Positions 8,755 through 20,264 of a DNA stretch of 64,000 bases are shown one piece after another. Source of the DNA: a virus. Its lineage: Duplodnaviria; Heunggongvirae; Uroviricota; Caudoviricetes. Every line of letters starts with the position of its first letter. Within the stretch, counting starts at the first letter, position 1. The stretch is from IMG/VR virus record IMGVR_UViG_3300028888_001839, positions 32,001 through 96,000 of that record; one strand, written 5' to 3'. The position numbers were made by a program, and so were the translations under genes. The notes beneath the pieces are model-generated. The model worked only from the letters and a program-made list of their open reading frames with translations. It was not told the origin of the DNA and did not search any database.

Positions 8755-11700
8755 ATGAAAACCCTAGGAAGAAATGCCGATAACGACCTCTATCTCGAAG
8801 CCGGAGGTCTTGCAATCCTGCACGATGCCGATGCCCAGTGTGCGGTTATCGAGGCGATTCTGCAGACGCAGCAGGGCGAACTCCAGTTCGATCCCGACAG
8901 GGGAATAGACTACTTCGGCACAGTCCTTCAAAACCCAACGTACATAGACTTCTGGGCGGCACAGGTTCAGTCTCGTATCGAGGACTTGGATTTTGTAGCT
9001 TCGGTTGACGATTTCACATATCGTTTCGACAACCAGACGAGTACCCTCTACTGGTCCATGACCGTGACTAACACGGACGAGGACAGGCTTGACCTTAGAG
9101 ACAAGAAGACAGTCATAGACGGCTCTCCCGGAACGGATATTTCGTGGAACGACATTTACGACAAGCCGACAGGCGTGCAGCAGGCGCTAGACATGGTAGA
9201 AGCCATGCACGAGGAAGCTGTCGACACGAGGGAGATGCTTACCCCCTCCTCCACTCTCAGGGACACGAAAGGGCTGCTGAATCGGATTATCTTCGACCCG
9301 AACAACGAAGAGTATTCCAAGACAAGGCAGGTTACGTTCACGTTCTCCGGCATTCCTCTCGGCACCGTGATAGACGTGAGCAACATCAGGCTGGACATTC
9401 TAAACACGGGTTCGGGAGAGGCTTACTATGCTCCGTTCATCGTGGAAATAGACGATGGCCTGAAACTTCGCGCCGACCAGACTATCACGATGGCCGCAAC
9501 GGGGAATGAGGTTATCTTTCTTGACACGGACACGGGGCAGGACGAAGAGGGGCATGCCTACACGACCCAGAAGCACACCTTGCTGAAAGGTGGCACCGTC
9601 ACCCTCACTATCAAGGGGAACATCACCAGAATCTGGAGCGCCGACGAATCCAAGCCAATCTTCCTCAATTCCAAGGGCGAGCCTTTCGCATACCTTTCAG
9701 GCTTCTCGGTTGGCGAGAGGGTTCCGCTTTCTGCGATAGGAAATGGCACGTTCGGGAACTTCGGGAACCTGCAGAAGGTCGTGTGGAATGAGGGCAACGA
9801 GAGTTCAATCACGTTTGGAGACTATGCCTTTGCGGGATGCTCTTCGCTGATGGAAATCGCATGGCTTCCGAAGAAAACCACTTCTCTCGGAATCGGATGC
9901 TTCCAGAACTGCAAGAGCCTATTGAGCCTCAAAGGTCTCGAAAGCACCCAGATAGAACAGATTCCAGACGACTGCTTCTATGGATGCACGCAGTTGAAGA
10001 ACTGCGGCAACCTTCCAGAAAGAATAACCAGTATCGGTTCCCATGTGTTCAAGGGATGCACCTCCTTCAAGAACATAGACGAACTTCCGCAAACGATCGA
10101 ATCACTTGGTGAGGAGTGTTTCTGCGGATGCATCGGAATCACGGCCATACTATATCCGCCTGAATCATTGAAGACAATCGGGAAGCGGTGCTTTGCCGAC
10201 TGCTCCTCTCTCGAATCGCTCTACCTCTCCGCAAGCACTACCGAAATAGGCGAAGGGGCTTATGCGGGATGCGCGATGCTCACGAACATCATGAGCGATG
10301 CGGATGCCGTTCCAACACTCGATGCTACGGCCTTCGACGGGGAGACTCCAATCGTCTATGTCCCTGCTTCGCTTCTCTCCGCCTACCAGAGCGATTCCGT
10401 CTGGGGCGCAATGACGGTGAAGAAGTATGGCGTCTATGAATTCGCCTTGGAGGATATGCAGGCGGGGACAACCCTTCTTGGCACTACGAGCAACCTCATC
10501 TCGGATTCCGTCTGGACAATCTCGTTTGGTATCGGAGACAAGCAGCAGCGGTTCATACCTTCGGTAGATGCGCTGCCGTCCTTCACCTACAAGGATGTCG
10601 TGGCCAATGCGACGATAACGATAAAGGGCTATGTCCGAAGGATAGCCGCAGCCTCTTCCGAATCATATCCGTTCTTGGCTACAACGGCGGCTTCTGCATT
10701 CACCAACTTGAAGTCCGTGACTGTGACCGATTCTCCTTTGGAGATGATTGGCGACTATGCTTTTGCTCAGTGCGTCAATCTCGCCAGCATTGAATGCGGC
10801 TTGGAAGAGGAGCGCGACTATTGCATAGGCGAAAGGGCTTTCTGGGGATGTTCCGCTCTGACAAGCACGGCTTGGCTAAAGGCTGGTCTCGGTAGGCTCG
10901 TGAAGGAACATACGACAACCTATGAGCAGTTGGACGACGGAACGATTGTCCCGATAGAGACTATCGTTCTCTTCCCCGCTTTTGGTGAAAGGTGCTTCTG
11001 GCAGTCTGGAATCACGGCGCTGGAGTACGATGCGACAGACGTGAAGGAACTCCCATCATACTGCTTTGCGGAGACGAAGATTTCCTCCATTAGCGGACTT
11101 GGAACAGTGGTACTCGAATCCATCGGAGACCACTGCTTCTACAAATGCTCCTACCTTACCGACATTACGGCATTGCCCTACACGGGAATAGCCACGCTGC
11201 CAGACTATTGCTTTGCGGAGTGCAATAGTCTCACTTCCATAGAGGGCATTGAGAGCCTTGTATCGGAAGGGATGGGGAGCCATGTCTTTGAGAACTGCGC
11301 TATAGAGAACATTCTCCCGATAGCGAATGCATCAGAGATTACCGCTATCGCCCCTTACATGTTCGCTGGCTGCTCGTTGTCAAGCCTTGAAGGGTTGACT
11401 GACAAGATAACGGAACTCGGAGAAGGATGCTTTAGCCGCAACTCTCTGCTAAAAGACGTTTCTGCGATTCTTGAAGCTCCTTCCGTAACGGAGATTCCTG
11501 CCAAGTGCTTCCAAGCAAGCGGACTTCTGGCGCTCATCGGATGTTGGAACATAACCTCTATCGGTGCTTATGCCTTTGCCGACTGCACAAGTCTCATATC
11601 CACTTCCGGGCTAGGCCCGGACATAGCAAACATCGGAGACTATGCTTTTCAGAACTGCACTGGGCTAAAGCAGGTTTCGTGCATTGCCTCGAACGTCCCG

Positions 11701-14700
11701 ACGATTTCATCTTCCGCATTTAGCGGTGCTCCCGCACCTGGCATTCCTCTCTACGTGAAAGAGGACATGGTAGGCAACTTCTCTTCCGCCGCCACTTGGA
11801 ATAGCTTCGGAGCGATTGCTTCGAGAACCATAAAAGTCCACCTACAGAACATAGGCGGAACCGAACCGGGCGACGTCAACATAGATACCGCAGCAGTTGT
11901 CAATACCGGCGTCAAGGTTTCCATAGACCCTTCTGCTGAGCACTATCTTGGAGTGTGGTATGCAGACTATGGTGACGGCACGGAATTTGAGCATTTCTAT
12001 TCTAGCGATTCCTCTGTCCATGATGCGCTTGCCGAACATACCTACGACGAGAGAGGAAACTACACGATAACCCTCTTCGGCGACATCATCGAGGTATGGG
12101 GAGACCATACGGACAACATAGTGAATGGAGACTATGTTGCCAGTCCACCAAAAGATATGGATGTACCTCCATTCCTCGGAGGACTATCTAGTACCGCATC
12201 TTTGATTTCAATCAATTCCGAATACCTAAAGAAGATAGGCGACTTCTGCTTCTTCAACTATGGGCAGGCACCTATTCCGGGGAATGACAATGCGCTATCT
12301 GTCTCTGTAACAATGGATGGCGCTGGTACAGTTGGCGCATATGCCTTTGCGAAGAAAGACGATGCTTATGGGCCGATGGGAACGCTCGGCGCTTTCAATG
12401 CAGTTACTGTTGGTAACTATGCTTTCTATAAGGGGGGACTAAATTCTTCTACTCCTTTCAGCACTGTCAAAACGGCAGGGAAAGCGGCATTTGCAAAAAA
12501 TCCACTGCTAACAGAATTGGCGGGGTTTTCATCTCTTACAAAGGTGACGGAAAGCCTTTTTGAGGGATGCACAGGACTAATAACCACCTCTGGATTGTCT
12601 GCTGTAACAGAAATTCAAGATTATGGATTTAAGGATTGTACGGGACTCACGTCAGTAAAGGACTTTAGTGCTTCGTTCACCAGGATCGGGGCTGGAGCTT
12701 TCAATAACTGCCCTAACATAACAAGAATCTTCATGGCTAACGTCAATCCTCCATATTTGGCCCAGGATGGATTTGATGGCATAGGAAACGAATTTCTCCC
12801 GAAAGCGCTTGTTTATGTCCCCGCTGGGCGAGAGAGTGCATACCAAGAGCAAGAATACTGGTACAAGTTCCAGACTGAATCAGAAGGAACAATTCAATGG
12901 AGGATTACTTCTCGGGCTATCACTTTTGTCTTGCAGAATGTAACCAAAGCGCTAAAGATACCCGCAAATAGTTTCATTGTCTCGGCAACAGGCAATTGGA
13001 CTCTTGATTTCGGTGAAGGTGAAGACAAGCGGCAATATACGGCCGGGACTAATGAGATAGATACATATAGCTTTAACTCCGCTAGCGCTAGAAAAGAAGT
13101 TAAGATTAGCGGCCCCGTAACCTCTATAAGATGCACATCTTCCGCATATCCGATCTTTGGGAAAGATGTAGGAGGTAAATTACTTACCAGTGTGAGCATA
13201 TCGGAAGCGATGGACATAACGGAGATAGGCAATTACCTTTTCCGAGAATGCAAAGCCCTTGAATCCGTCAATAATGCCGACACGATAGTTTCTGTTGGTG
13301 AATATGCCTTTGCGGATGCCCAAAAGCTCTGGGACATTACCGGCCTCTCAAACATCTCTTCAATCGAACGATATGCATTCTCTGGGTGCTCTTCCCTAAC
13401 CAATCTCTATGGACTTAATCGCGTCACTACCATAGGTGAGCGAGCTTTCAACGGATGCTCTTCATTGAAGAAGATTGACGGGCTTGGCACTGGTGTGACG
13501 AGCATAGGAGACTATGCATTTGCGAGTTGTCCTCTGCAAGAGGTGCAGATGTTCGCGGAAGAGCCGCCTACGATGCCGACAACGGCTTTCAGCGGACTGT
13601 CTTCGGAAGTACCCCTCTATGTCCGCACGAAGTGCCTGACGGCTTACAAGGAATCCTCCTCGTGGGGTTCCGTGTTCGGAGACATAAGAAGCCGATTCGT
13701 GGAGTTCACCTTAACCGCATGTCCGTCCAATCTCACTGTGAAGGGGAACATCGGCAAGGTGAAGTCCGACACGTTCTGGGTTGTGGATTGGGATGCCTAT
13801 GATTCGGACGGAGTGCCTAGCGAAGACGGAGCGGAGGAGCAATACCTCCCTGCGCATACTTACACTCTTTCTGGCACTCACACTCTTAGGCTGGAAGGTG
13901 ATATTAAAGGCATAAATGCCCCTAAGCCAGAAGTTGTATTGGGGGAACACGATATCCCTACCGCCATAACAGGCAATTCGTTTCTAACACTGATTCCTGA
14001 TGGTGAGAGCGACCCGCTAATAGGAGATGAGCACCTTCTTACTCGTGTCTTTCGTTCAGAATATTCAGCCCTTTCAGAGGTTGGAGATGCCGCATTCCTC
14101 AACAATGGGAATCTTACGACCGCAAGTCTTGCCGGTATAATTTCGATAGGGGAAGCAGCATTTGCTCTAGACAAAGGACTTACCAACCTTACTTTGCTAG
14201 ACACAGTAGGAGTTATTGACAAATATGCTTTCTTCGGCTGCGAGGGGCTTACTAGCATAACTGGGCTAAACGGCAACAAGTCTAAAGTTACCATAGCCGA
14301 ATTTGCATTTGGTGGCATTTCTGGACTCACCTATGTGCAGGTGGGAATTCGGGAGCCAAGTGATGCAGTAATCACACAAACCTCATTTGGCTACTATGAG
14401 CCGATTACAGAAGCAAAAAACATTTCGGTATATGTACCCCTTGGGAAGGAAGGCGAATATGAGGGGACTATCTGGGGAATGTTTGCGATTTCGTCGCAGG
14501 TTATTATTTTCACGTTGGCAAATGTGCCGTCTGGCACTACAATACTCGGTATCTCCAATACCAACACAACTGGAACGGCGAGAATTGAATCAGAGTCACG
14601 ATGGTCCATTGATTGGGATGATGGCACTCAAAACAACATGGAGGTGGACGATACATCATTCCCCTCGCATACATATCTCTACGATGAGACTGATTTAATT

Positions 14701-17700
14701 GAGAAGGATAGATGGACTGAACTTCCCAATGGGACTATGGTTAGACCCAAAATAGAGATAGCCCTCACAGGGAGTATTAAAACTCTAGCCTGCCAATCCA
14801 ATGCGAATTATCCTTTTCTAGCAACAGAACTAGGGAAGGGGATTCCTTATCTAGTAAGCATAACCGCTCCTGACACTATGGAGAGCTTAAAGCAGATAGG
14901 CGATTTTGTTTTCCAGGGCTGCTCCTCCCTAGAGTCGGTAACGGGATTTACTAGAGTAGAAACCATTGGTCAATATGCATTTAATGGATGCACAAACCTT
15001 AGCAACATAGGAGATGCCTCTTCTGGATTCATAGCAGTAACTGCTATCGGGAACAAAGCATTTGCCAATTGCCAGAGTCTGCAGAATCTTGCTTCCTTTG
15101 CTCATGTGCGGTCAATCGGTATAAGGGCATTTGAGAACTGCATATCTCTGACAGGAACTACGGGGTTGGGAAGTGCTTATGCGTCGCTTTCTCCTACCGA
15201 CTGGACCGATCAGGGACTTTCTGCTACTTTTGGTGCCTATGCCTTCGAAGGATGTGGCTTTGGCGCTATTGACATGGACAACTATAATGTCCCGCCCACC
15301 ATTCAAAGCACGACATTCCCTGGCGACCCAGCAGATGTTCTGGTGTTCGTGTCCACTGTCGATGGCGTCTTAGAATCATACAAGAAGGCTTCCGTATGGG
15401 TTCGTTATTTCAACAACATCATCGCTGCTTCAAACATTACACTAACTTTCCATGACTGTATTGATTCCCCGACCTCTCAGACTGATACCAACACTTATGA
15501 CCCCGTGACGGGACAGATGTCTATCAATGGAGATCCGGATGAAACCGTTGTGGTAGGAGAAACCACAACAACTACTGGATGGGCTTTCTACGGAGAAGGA
15601 GCAAAGCTCAACTTTACGGGCTCCTATCTCCTCATAGATTGGGGCGATGGCGAGACTACGACTCGACTTAATGAGAGCGGTGGCAATGAAGGGTGGACAC
15701 TACCAAACCACCCTTATAAATCTCTGAATGGAACAACTGCGACTATAAAAATAAGAGGCGACATTACAAAAATTTACCCTGTAAGTTCTAACGACCGAGA
15801 CCTTGACCCAGCTAGGGGCGAAAAGCCAGATGATAGTTTGGCTCCGTGCATAGGACTCATTCCGTTTACTGAGGTGTCTTCTTCTAAAGATGACTTTCAT
15901 TCGTTGGACTACGATTATGGAAAAATCATTTATGATGCAAAAGTCTCACTAGAATTTGGCACAGGATCGAAGCTGGAGAGGATTGGCTCATATAGTTTCC
16001 AAAATTGCAATATCAGTTCACTCACTTTTGGAAAACCTTCGGGTGAACCTCTTGTTATTGGAGACTGTGCATTCCGCAAATGTCACACCTCGACTTTAAA
16101 CATAACAGAGAGTGTACGAGCCGCAGATTCTAGTCTAGCCCCTGTCTCAACCAGAGATAGCATAAAATCAATAGGTAACTATGCCTTTGAAGACTGTACT
16201 CAATTAAACTCTACTGAGTTTCTGGATGGCGCAACTGAATCTATTGGAGTTGGAGCATTTAAGGGGTGTGCTGCTTTGAATTCCATTAAACTGCCCGCTT
16301 CTCTACTATCGGTATGTGAGTCTGCTTTTGAAGGGTGTTCAGGAATTGTTGGCGGCATCACATGGAAACAATCCACAGATGACGACATTCTAGATAATCC
16401 TAACATAACCATAGGAGCAAGGGCTTTCTATGGATGCACTGGTGCGAACAACGAAGAATGGGCAGTTTCGATTCCAAGCCAAGTCAAGAGCATAGGGGAA
16501 TCCGCATTCGAGAATTGCGGGATGAAGTCGTTCACGTGGGGGAATGCAACCGACCCTCATTCCTATGCCCTTCCAGCAGGAGCATTTAGGAACTGCGCAA
16601 ATCTGGTGAGTTTCAATGCCTACGGCATAACGTCTATCGGAGCCTATGCTTTCTTCGGGTGTACTAGTCTGCCCGATTCTTCTTTTGCGAGCATCATTGC
16701 TTCTGCAGAGGGTTCTCTCGGAAACTATGCATTTGCGCTCTGTCCAAAGCTCGGGGACATAACAATCCCGTTGGCTATCACTTCTCTTGGAGAGGGATGC
16801 TTCTCTAGGTCCAACAGAAACTTGCTATACGGACATTTCTATACTTCTCCCGATGGAGACAGCCAAACACTTGGTGAGAGGTATACGGGAATCACCGACT
16901 TCGAGAACTGGATGTCTGCGAAGTATGGAGAGAAGCACTTCGACGTGTGGGCGAAGTACGACAAGATGCTTCGGATTTCCGACCCTAACTATAGCGCCTT
17001 AAGAATCAGATGGGGAGAGGAAGGTTCTGGGAACACGTGGACGGCTCCAGACAATGCTTCGATAGGTGCGGCCTGCTTCATGAACTGCCGAGGGCTTGTC
17101 ATAGAATGGGACAAGTTCCCTTCGCTGACGCTGATTCCGGCATACTGCTTCTACAATTGCAATAGCTTGTTTAGCGGAAGAGACCTCTCAGAACTGCCTG
17201 ATACAATTGAAGTGTTCGAGAGATTCGCTCTCGCTAGGACTGGGATAAGCAGTATTGGGAGAACGGGGAATTCTCTTTCGGCAACCTTCGCCCCGGCATT
17301 GTTCCTGGGATGCGAAAACCTCACTTCTCTCAATGGCATTCAGACTCTCTTCTCTTCAACACCTTCGGCCTTGAATGAGGGATGCTTCCACGGATGCACA
17401 AACCTGAAAGAAGTAAATGCCTTGAGCGCAACGACACCGGTAGTCCAGTTGGGTGCCTACTGCTTTGCATACTGCACCAAACTGAAAGGCTCTGGAAGCA
17501 CCCTATACAACATCTCTAATGCGCTCCAGAACATAATAGAGATTGGAGAGGGGTGCTTTGAGGGATGTACTGGGATAACCAAGTTCGACGGGCTTGCAAA
17601 GGTCACCTACTATCCTTATAGAGCATTCTATGGCTGCGGAATCACCAGAATCAACAGGCTCTGCTCTGCTGAAGTGGGCGCTACAAATCCCGTGACGCTA

Positions 17701-19728
17701 GTTGGCGATTCCTTTGGCGGAAACAAAGATATAAGAATCATGTACTTCCCCTACGGGACAGATGAGAATCCCAAGGTTGTGCAGGTGGAGGAGGAAACCG
17801 GATACGTGGAAGACGAAAACGGGGAGAATGGGGAAGACGTTCTCTGCTACGATCCATTCAGCGCAATAGACACCGCAGAAAAGAAGAGGACTGTCCAGGT
17901 TGCGATTCCTACGGACATGATTCCGTACTACCAGACGTATCAGCCTTATGGGCCGCTCGGCATCTACTATTGGGCGCAGTATGCGCTTGTGACGGACACC
18001 AGTTCATCGAATCTCGCAATGTCCATGACGTTGCAGGTCCCCGCTGGCGGCGGCCGGATATGGGGAAATGGCGTTATCAAGAAGGATGCGGGAAAGAACG
18101 TCTATATCGACTGGGGAGACGGAAGCGGACTTGAGTCTATCGACAACGACCCTACCGACCCTACGAAAGCCCTTGTATCCAACCTCAGCCACGTTTACAG
18201 CGCGGAAAAGTTCGTCACTTCGCAGGTAGTCCCTGTCTCCATCTTTGGCGATGTGATTTCGTTCGCAGGAGAAGCCGACCATGCTCAGACGGCTACTCTG
18301 GGAAGGAAAAGGGTAAAGCCTCTGCTGGCAACATACGTGCTTCCTAAAGAGTCATCGTCTGATGAAGACAAGGAAGGGAACGCTTGGGCCATAAGCGTCT
18401 CTTTCGACGGAGCATTTCTGGAAGAGCTTACAGATGGGTGTCTGGGATACTGCACCAACCTTACCACGATACAGACACTTCCCGATACCGTCACTAAGTT
18501 CGGAGACAACCTCTTCTTTGGATGCGAGAAAATCACTAACCTTGACTTCGTTCCTTTGACCATATCGGAACTAGGGAAATTCTGTTTCGCATATTGCAAG
18601 GGATTGACCGACTTTAGCAACCTCAAACTTTGCACTAGCATTACGGAGATTCCAGACGGATGCTTCCTCAATGTCCGTCCCGCCGATAGCGATGCCAAGC
18701 TGGATTGGCTTCCTCAAACGGTCAACAAGATAGGGTTCTCGGCATTCCAGAGGTTCTGCTTCACGGGATTCGATTTCGGAACATCTTCGGGTACGCCTAA
18801 CAAGAGAGAGATAACGGTTGACAACTATGCTTTCCGTTACAACTATTCTCTGTCAAGCCTCGCCAACATAGTGCTAAAGTTCAATGCGGGGCGCGGAACG
18901 AACTGTTTTAGGGAATGCACTTCGCTTGCCAATCTAACTGGGTTGGAATTCGAGTCAAGCATAAAGGCATTGCCCAAGGCTATGTTCCGTGGATGCACCT
19001 CCTTGGCGAGCTTTGCTGGGATACCGTTACAAATTACGGAATATGGGGATGGGGCTTTCTATGGGACTGGCATTACCAGTTTGAATGGCATCAATTCGAC
19101 CGTAACAAAACTGGGGACTGAGGGAACCAAGACAACCGACAGCAACTTCTCCACCTATGGCGGAGTCTTTGAAAATTGTGCAAGTCTTACAAGCCTAGTG
19201 GGAATGCCAACCTCTGTCAGTTATCTAGGGGCGGCTGCATTTCGCGGATGTGAAGCTCTTACGGGGCTATCGGGAATCCCGAAAAATTCTAGTATTTCTG
19301 CAATGGGCGATTCATGCTTTGCTGGGTGTACGTCGATAGAGGATTTGTCGGGAATCGAGAATACGGGGATTAAGGATCTCCCACAAAAATGCTTTGCAGG
19401 GTGTACTGCTCTTCAAAGCATAGTGTATGATTCTGCGAATGAAGCTTCACGAATTCGGCTTCCAGCAAAGATTGAAATGATTGGGAAGAATTGCTTTGAA
19501 GGGTGTAAAAAGATAAGAGTCATCATGCTTGACAGATGGATGGAATCTGCGGCGGAACCAGTAACTTATCTGGCGGACACGAATCAAGACCCTAATGTAT
19601 TTGAATATGCGGCACTACGCGGAACTGTGAAAATAAGAGTCCCTGACGGGGCTTTAGCTGAATATCAGAGTCAATGGGCAGGTGTTGGTTCTAATCGGTT
19701 TGATGATGATGATATTGAGATTTATTGA
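8755..19728 (+). CDS. Giant 3657-aa protein: gp46/gpW-like baseplate wedge domain fused to alternating PKD-like domains and BspA-type LRR solenoids
   Basis: The first ~110 aa (NDLYL...ILQTQQGELQFDPDRGIDYF...) look like a wedge/sheath-initiator domain. Many IGxxAF/CFxxCxxL repeats (LRR_5/BspA) with 'YVP...Y...W' caps. About 8 D/E-W/F/Y-G-D-G-like motifs followed by HTY. Confidence 0.85.
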   Translation: MKTLGRNADNDLYLEAGGLAILHDADAQCAVIEAILQTQQGELQFDPDRGIDYFGTVLQNPTYIDFWAAQVQSRIEDLDFVASVDDFTYRFDNQTSTLYWSMTVTNTDEDRLDLRDKKTVIDGSPGTDISWNDIYDKPTGVQQALDMVEAMHEEAVDTREMLTPSSTLRDTKGLLNRIIFDPNNEEYSKTRQVTFTFSGIPLGTVIDVSNIRLDILNTGSGEAYYAPFIVEIDDGLKLRADQTITMAATGNEVIFLDTDTGQDEEGHAYTTQKHTLLKGGTVTLTIKGNITRIWSADESKPIFLNSKGEPFAYLSGFSVGERVPLSAIGNGTFGNFGNLQKVVWNEGNESSITFGDYAFAGCSSLMEIAWLPKKTTSLGIGCFQNCKSLLSLKGLESTQIEQIPDDCFYGCTQLKNCGNLPERITSIGSHVFKGCTSFKNIDELPQTIESLGEECFCGCIGITAILYPPESLKTIGKRCFADCSSLESLYLSASTTEIGEGAYAGCAMLTNIMSDADAVPTLDATAFDGETPIVYVPASLLSAYQSDSVWGAMTVKKYGVYEFALEDMQAGTTLLGTTSNLISDSVWTISFGIGDKQQRFIPSVDALPSFTYKDVVANATITIKGYVRRIAAASSESYPFLATTAASAFTNLKSVTVTDSPLEMIGDYAFAQCVNLASIECGLEEERDYCIGERAFWGCSALTSTAWLKAGLGRLVKEHTTTYEQLDDGTIVPIETIVLFPAFGERCFWQSGITALEYDATDVKELPSYCFAETKISSISGLGTVVLESIGDHCFYKCSYLTDITALPYTGIATLPDYCFAECNSLTSIEGIESLVSEGMGSHVFENCAIENILPIANASEITAIAPYMFAGCSLSSLEGLTDKITELGEGCFSRNSLLKDVSAILEAPSVTEIPAKCFQASGLLALIGCWNITSIGAYAFADCTSLISTSGLGPDIANIGDYAFQNCTGLKQVSCIASNVPTISSSAFSGAPAPGIPLYVKEDMVGNFSSAATWNSFGAIASRTIKVHLQNIGGTEPGDVNIDTAAVVNTGVKVSIDPSAEHYLGVWYADYGDGTEFEHFYSSDSSVHDALAEHTYDERGNYTITLFGDIIEVWGDHTDNIVNGDYVASPPKDMDVPPFLGGLSSTASLISINSEYLKKIGDFCFFNYGQAPIPGNDNALSVSVTMDGAGTVGAYAFAKKDDAYGPMGTLGAFNAVTVGNYAFYKGGLNSSTPFSTVKTAGKAAFAKNPLLTELAGFSSLTKVTESLFEGCTGLITTSGLSAVTEIQDYGFKDCTGLTSVKDFSASFTRIGAGAFNNCPNITRIFMANVNPPYLAQDGFDGIGNEFLPKALVYVPAGRESAYQEQEYWYKFQTESEGTIQWRITSRAITFVLQNVTKALKIPANSFIVSATGNWTLDFGEGEDKRQYTAGTNEIDTYSFNSASARKEVKISGPVTSIRCTSSAYPIFGKDVGGKLLTSVSISEAMDITEIGNYLFRECKALESVNNADTIVSVGEYAFADAQKLWDITGLSNISSIERYAFSGCSSLTNLYGLNRVTTIGERAFNGCSSLKKIDGLGTGVTSIGDYAFASCPLQEVQMFAEEPPTMPTTAFSGLSSEVPLYVRTKCLTAYKESSSWGSVFGDIRSRFVEFTLTACPSNLTVKGNIGKVKSDTFWVVDWDAYDSDGVPSEDGAEEQYLPAHTYTLSGTHTLRLEGDIKGINAPKPEVVLGEHDIPTAITGNSFLTLIPDGESDPLIGDEHLLTRVFRSEYSALSEVGDAAFLNNGNLTTASLAGIISIGEAAFALDKGLTNLTLLDTVGVIDKYAFFGCEGLTSITGLNGNKSKVTIAEFAFGGISGLTYVQVGIREPSDAVITQTSFGYYEPITEAKNISVYVPLGKEGEYEGTIWGMFAISSQVIIFTLANVPSGTTILGISNTNTTGTARIESESRWSIDWDDGTQNNMEVDDTSFPSHTYLYDETDLIEKDRWTELPNGTMVRPKIEIALTGSIKTLACQSNANYPFLATELGKGIPYLVSITAPDTMESLKQIGDFVFQGCSSLESVTGFTRVETIGQYAFNGCTNLSNIGDASSGFIAVTAIGNKAFANCQSLQNLASFAHVRSIGIRAFENCISLTGTTGLGSAYASLSPTDWTDQGLSATFGAYAFEGCGFGAIDMDNYNVPPTIQSTTFPGDPADVLVFVSTVDGVLESYKKASVWVRYFNNIIAASNITLTFHDCIDSPTSQTDTNTYDPVTGQMSINGDPDETVVVGETTTTTGWAFYGEGAKLNFTGSYLLIDWGDGETTTRLNESGGNEGWTLPNHPYKSLNGTTATIKIRGDITKIYPVSSNDRDLDPARGEKPDDSLAPCIGLIPFTEVSSSKDDFHSLDYDYGKIIYDAKVSLEFGTGSKLERIGSYSFQNCNISSLTFGKPSGEPLVIGDCAFRKCHTSTLNITESVRAADSSLAPVSTRDSIKSIGNYAFEDCTQLNSTEFLDGATESIGVGAFKGCAALNSIKLPASLLSVCESAFEGCSGIVGGITWKQSTDDDILDNPNITIGARAFYGCTGANNEEWAVSIPSQVKSIGESAFENCGMKSFTWGNATDPHSYALPAGAFRNCANLVSFNAYGITSIGAYAFFGCTSLPDSSFASIIASAEGSLGNYAFALCPKLGDITIPLAITSLGEGCFSRSNRNLLYGHFYTSPDGDSQTLGERYTGITDFENWMSAKYGEKHFDVWAKYDKMLRISDPNYSALRIRWGEEGSGNTWTAPDNASIGAACFMNCRGLVIEWDKFPSLTLIPAYCFYNCNSLFSGRDLSELPDTIEVFERFALARTGISSIGRTGNSLSATFAPALFLGCENLTSLNGIQTLFSSTPSALNEGCFHGCTNLKEVNALSATTPVVQLGAYCFAYCTKLKGSGSTLYNISNALQNIIEIGEGCFEGCTGITKFDGLAKVTYYPYRAFYGCGITRINRLCSAEVGATNPVTLVGDSFGGNKDIRIMYFPYGTDENPKVVQVEEETGYVEDENGENGEDVLCYDPFSAIDTAEKKRTVQVAIPTDMIPYYQTYQPYGPLGIYYWAQYALVTDTSSSNLAMSMTLQVPAGGGRIWGNGVIKKDAGKNVYIDWGDGSGLESIDNDPTDPTKALVSNLSHVYSAEKFVTSQVVPVSIFGDVISFAGEADHAQTATLGRKRVKPLLATYVLPKESSSDEDKEGNAWAISVSFDGAFLEELTDGCLGYCTNLTTIQTLPDTVTKFGDNLFFGCEKITNLDFVPLTISELGKFCFAYCKGLTDFSNLKLCTSITEIPDGCFLNVRPADSDAKLDWLPQTVNKIGFSAFQRFCFTGFDFGTSSGTPNKREITVDNYAFRYNYSLSSLANIVLKFNAGRGTNCFRECTSLANLTGLEFESSIKALPKAMFRGCTSLASFAGIPLQITEYGDGAFYGTGITSLNGINSTVTKLGTEGTKTTDSNFSTYGGVFENCASLTSLVGMPTSVSYLGAAAFRGCEALTGLSGIPKNSSISAMGDSCFAGCTSIEDLSGIENTGIKDLPQKCFAGCTALQSIVYDSANEASRIRLPAKIEMIGKNCFEGCKKIRVIMLDRWMESAAEPVTYLADTNQDPNVFEYAALRGTVKIRVPDGALAEYQSQWAGVGSNRFDDDDIEIY

Positions 19729-19764
19729 ATGAATGGGTGGATTTCCATCTAGGCATTTAATGAA

Positions 19765-20238
19765 ATGGATCCGGCGATATTCAGAAAAGGCGATGCTTCC
19801 AGCGTCCTTGTTGTGGACAAGTCGTGGAACGACATCATAGACAAGCCGGACTTCTTCGATGAACTCGCAGAGCGCATTGTGAAGATGTCCGATGCTGCCG
19901 ATTCCATTGGCGTAATGACAAAGGCCACCACTCTCCGCCAGTTCAAGGATGCCATAAATGCCGTCCTGATGGAGCCGCTTCTCGCTACCGTAGAACACGA
20001 CGGTCACAATGTTGTGAGAAAGCAGGGTTCGGTTCTGGTGGATGCATTCTGGGACGAAATCATAAAGCCTGACGACGTTTGGGAGAAGCTAAAGGCGGCG
20101 ATAGGGAAAGCATACGACATGAAGGTGCGAATCGGGGAGTGCAAGCCGCTTAAGGATTCGGACACGCTGATGAGGTCCAAGGAGACGTTCAACGACACCG
20201 TAATGAAGCCCCTTCTCGGAATCAACGAGGACGAGTAG
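19765..20238 (+). CDS. Small protein with two copies of a WxDIxxKP...TLR helical motif
   Basis: Internal duplication: VLVVDKSWNDIIDKPD...TTLRQFKDAINAVLMEPLL and VLVDAFWDEIIKPD...DTLMRSKETFNDTVMKPLL. Confidence 0.75.
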   Translation: MDPAIFRKGDASSVLVVDKSWNDIIDKPDFFDELAERIVKMSDAADSIGVMTKATTLRQFKDAINAVLMEPLLATVEHDGHNVVRKQGSVLVDAFWDEIIKPDDVWEKLKAAIGKAYDMKVRIGECKPLKDSDTLMRSKETFNDTVMKPLLGINEDE

Positions 20239-20264
20239 TGAATACCTTTTTTCGGAGGATGATA

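Noticed and set aside
20245-20252. CCTTTTTT slippery site as a programmed frameshift joining the small protein to giant 2
   Set aside because: It lies after the TAG of 19765..20238, so it cannot fuse them.
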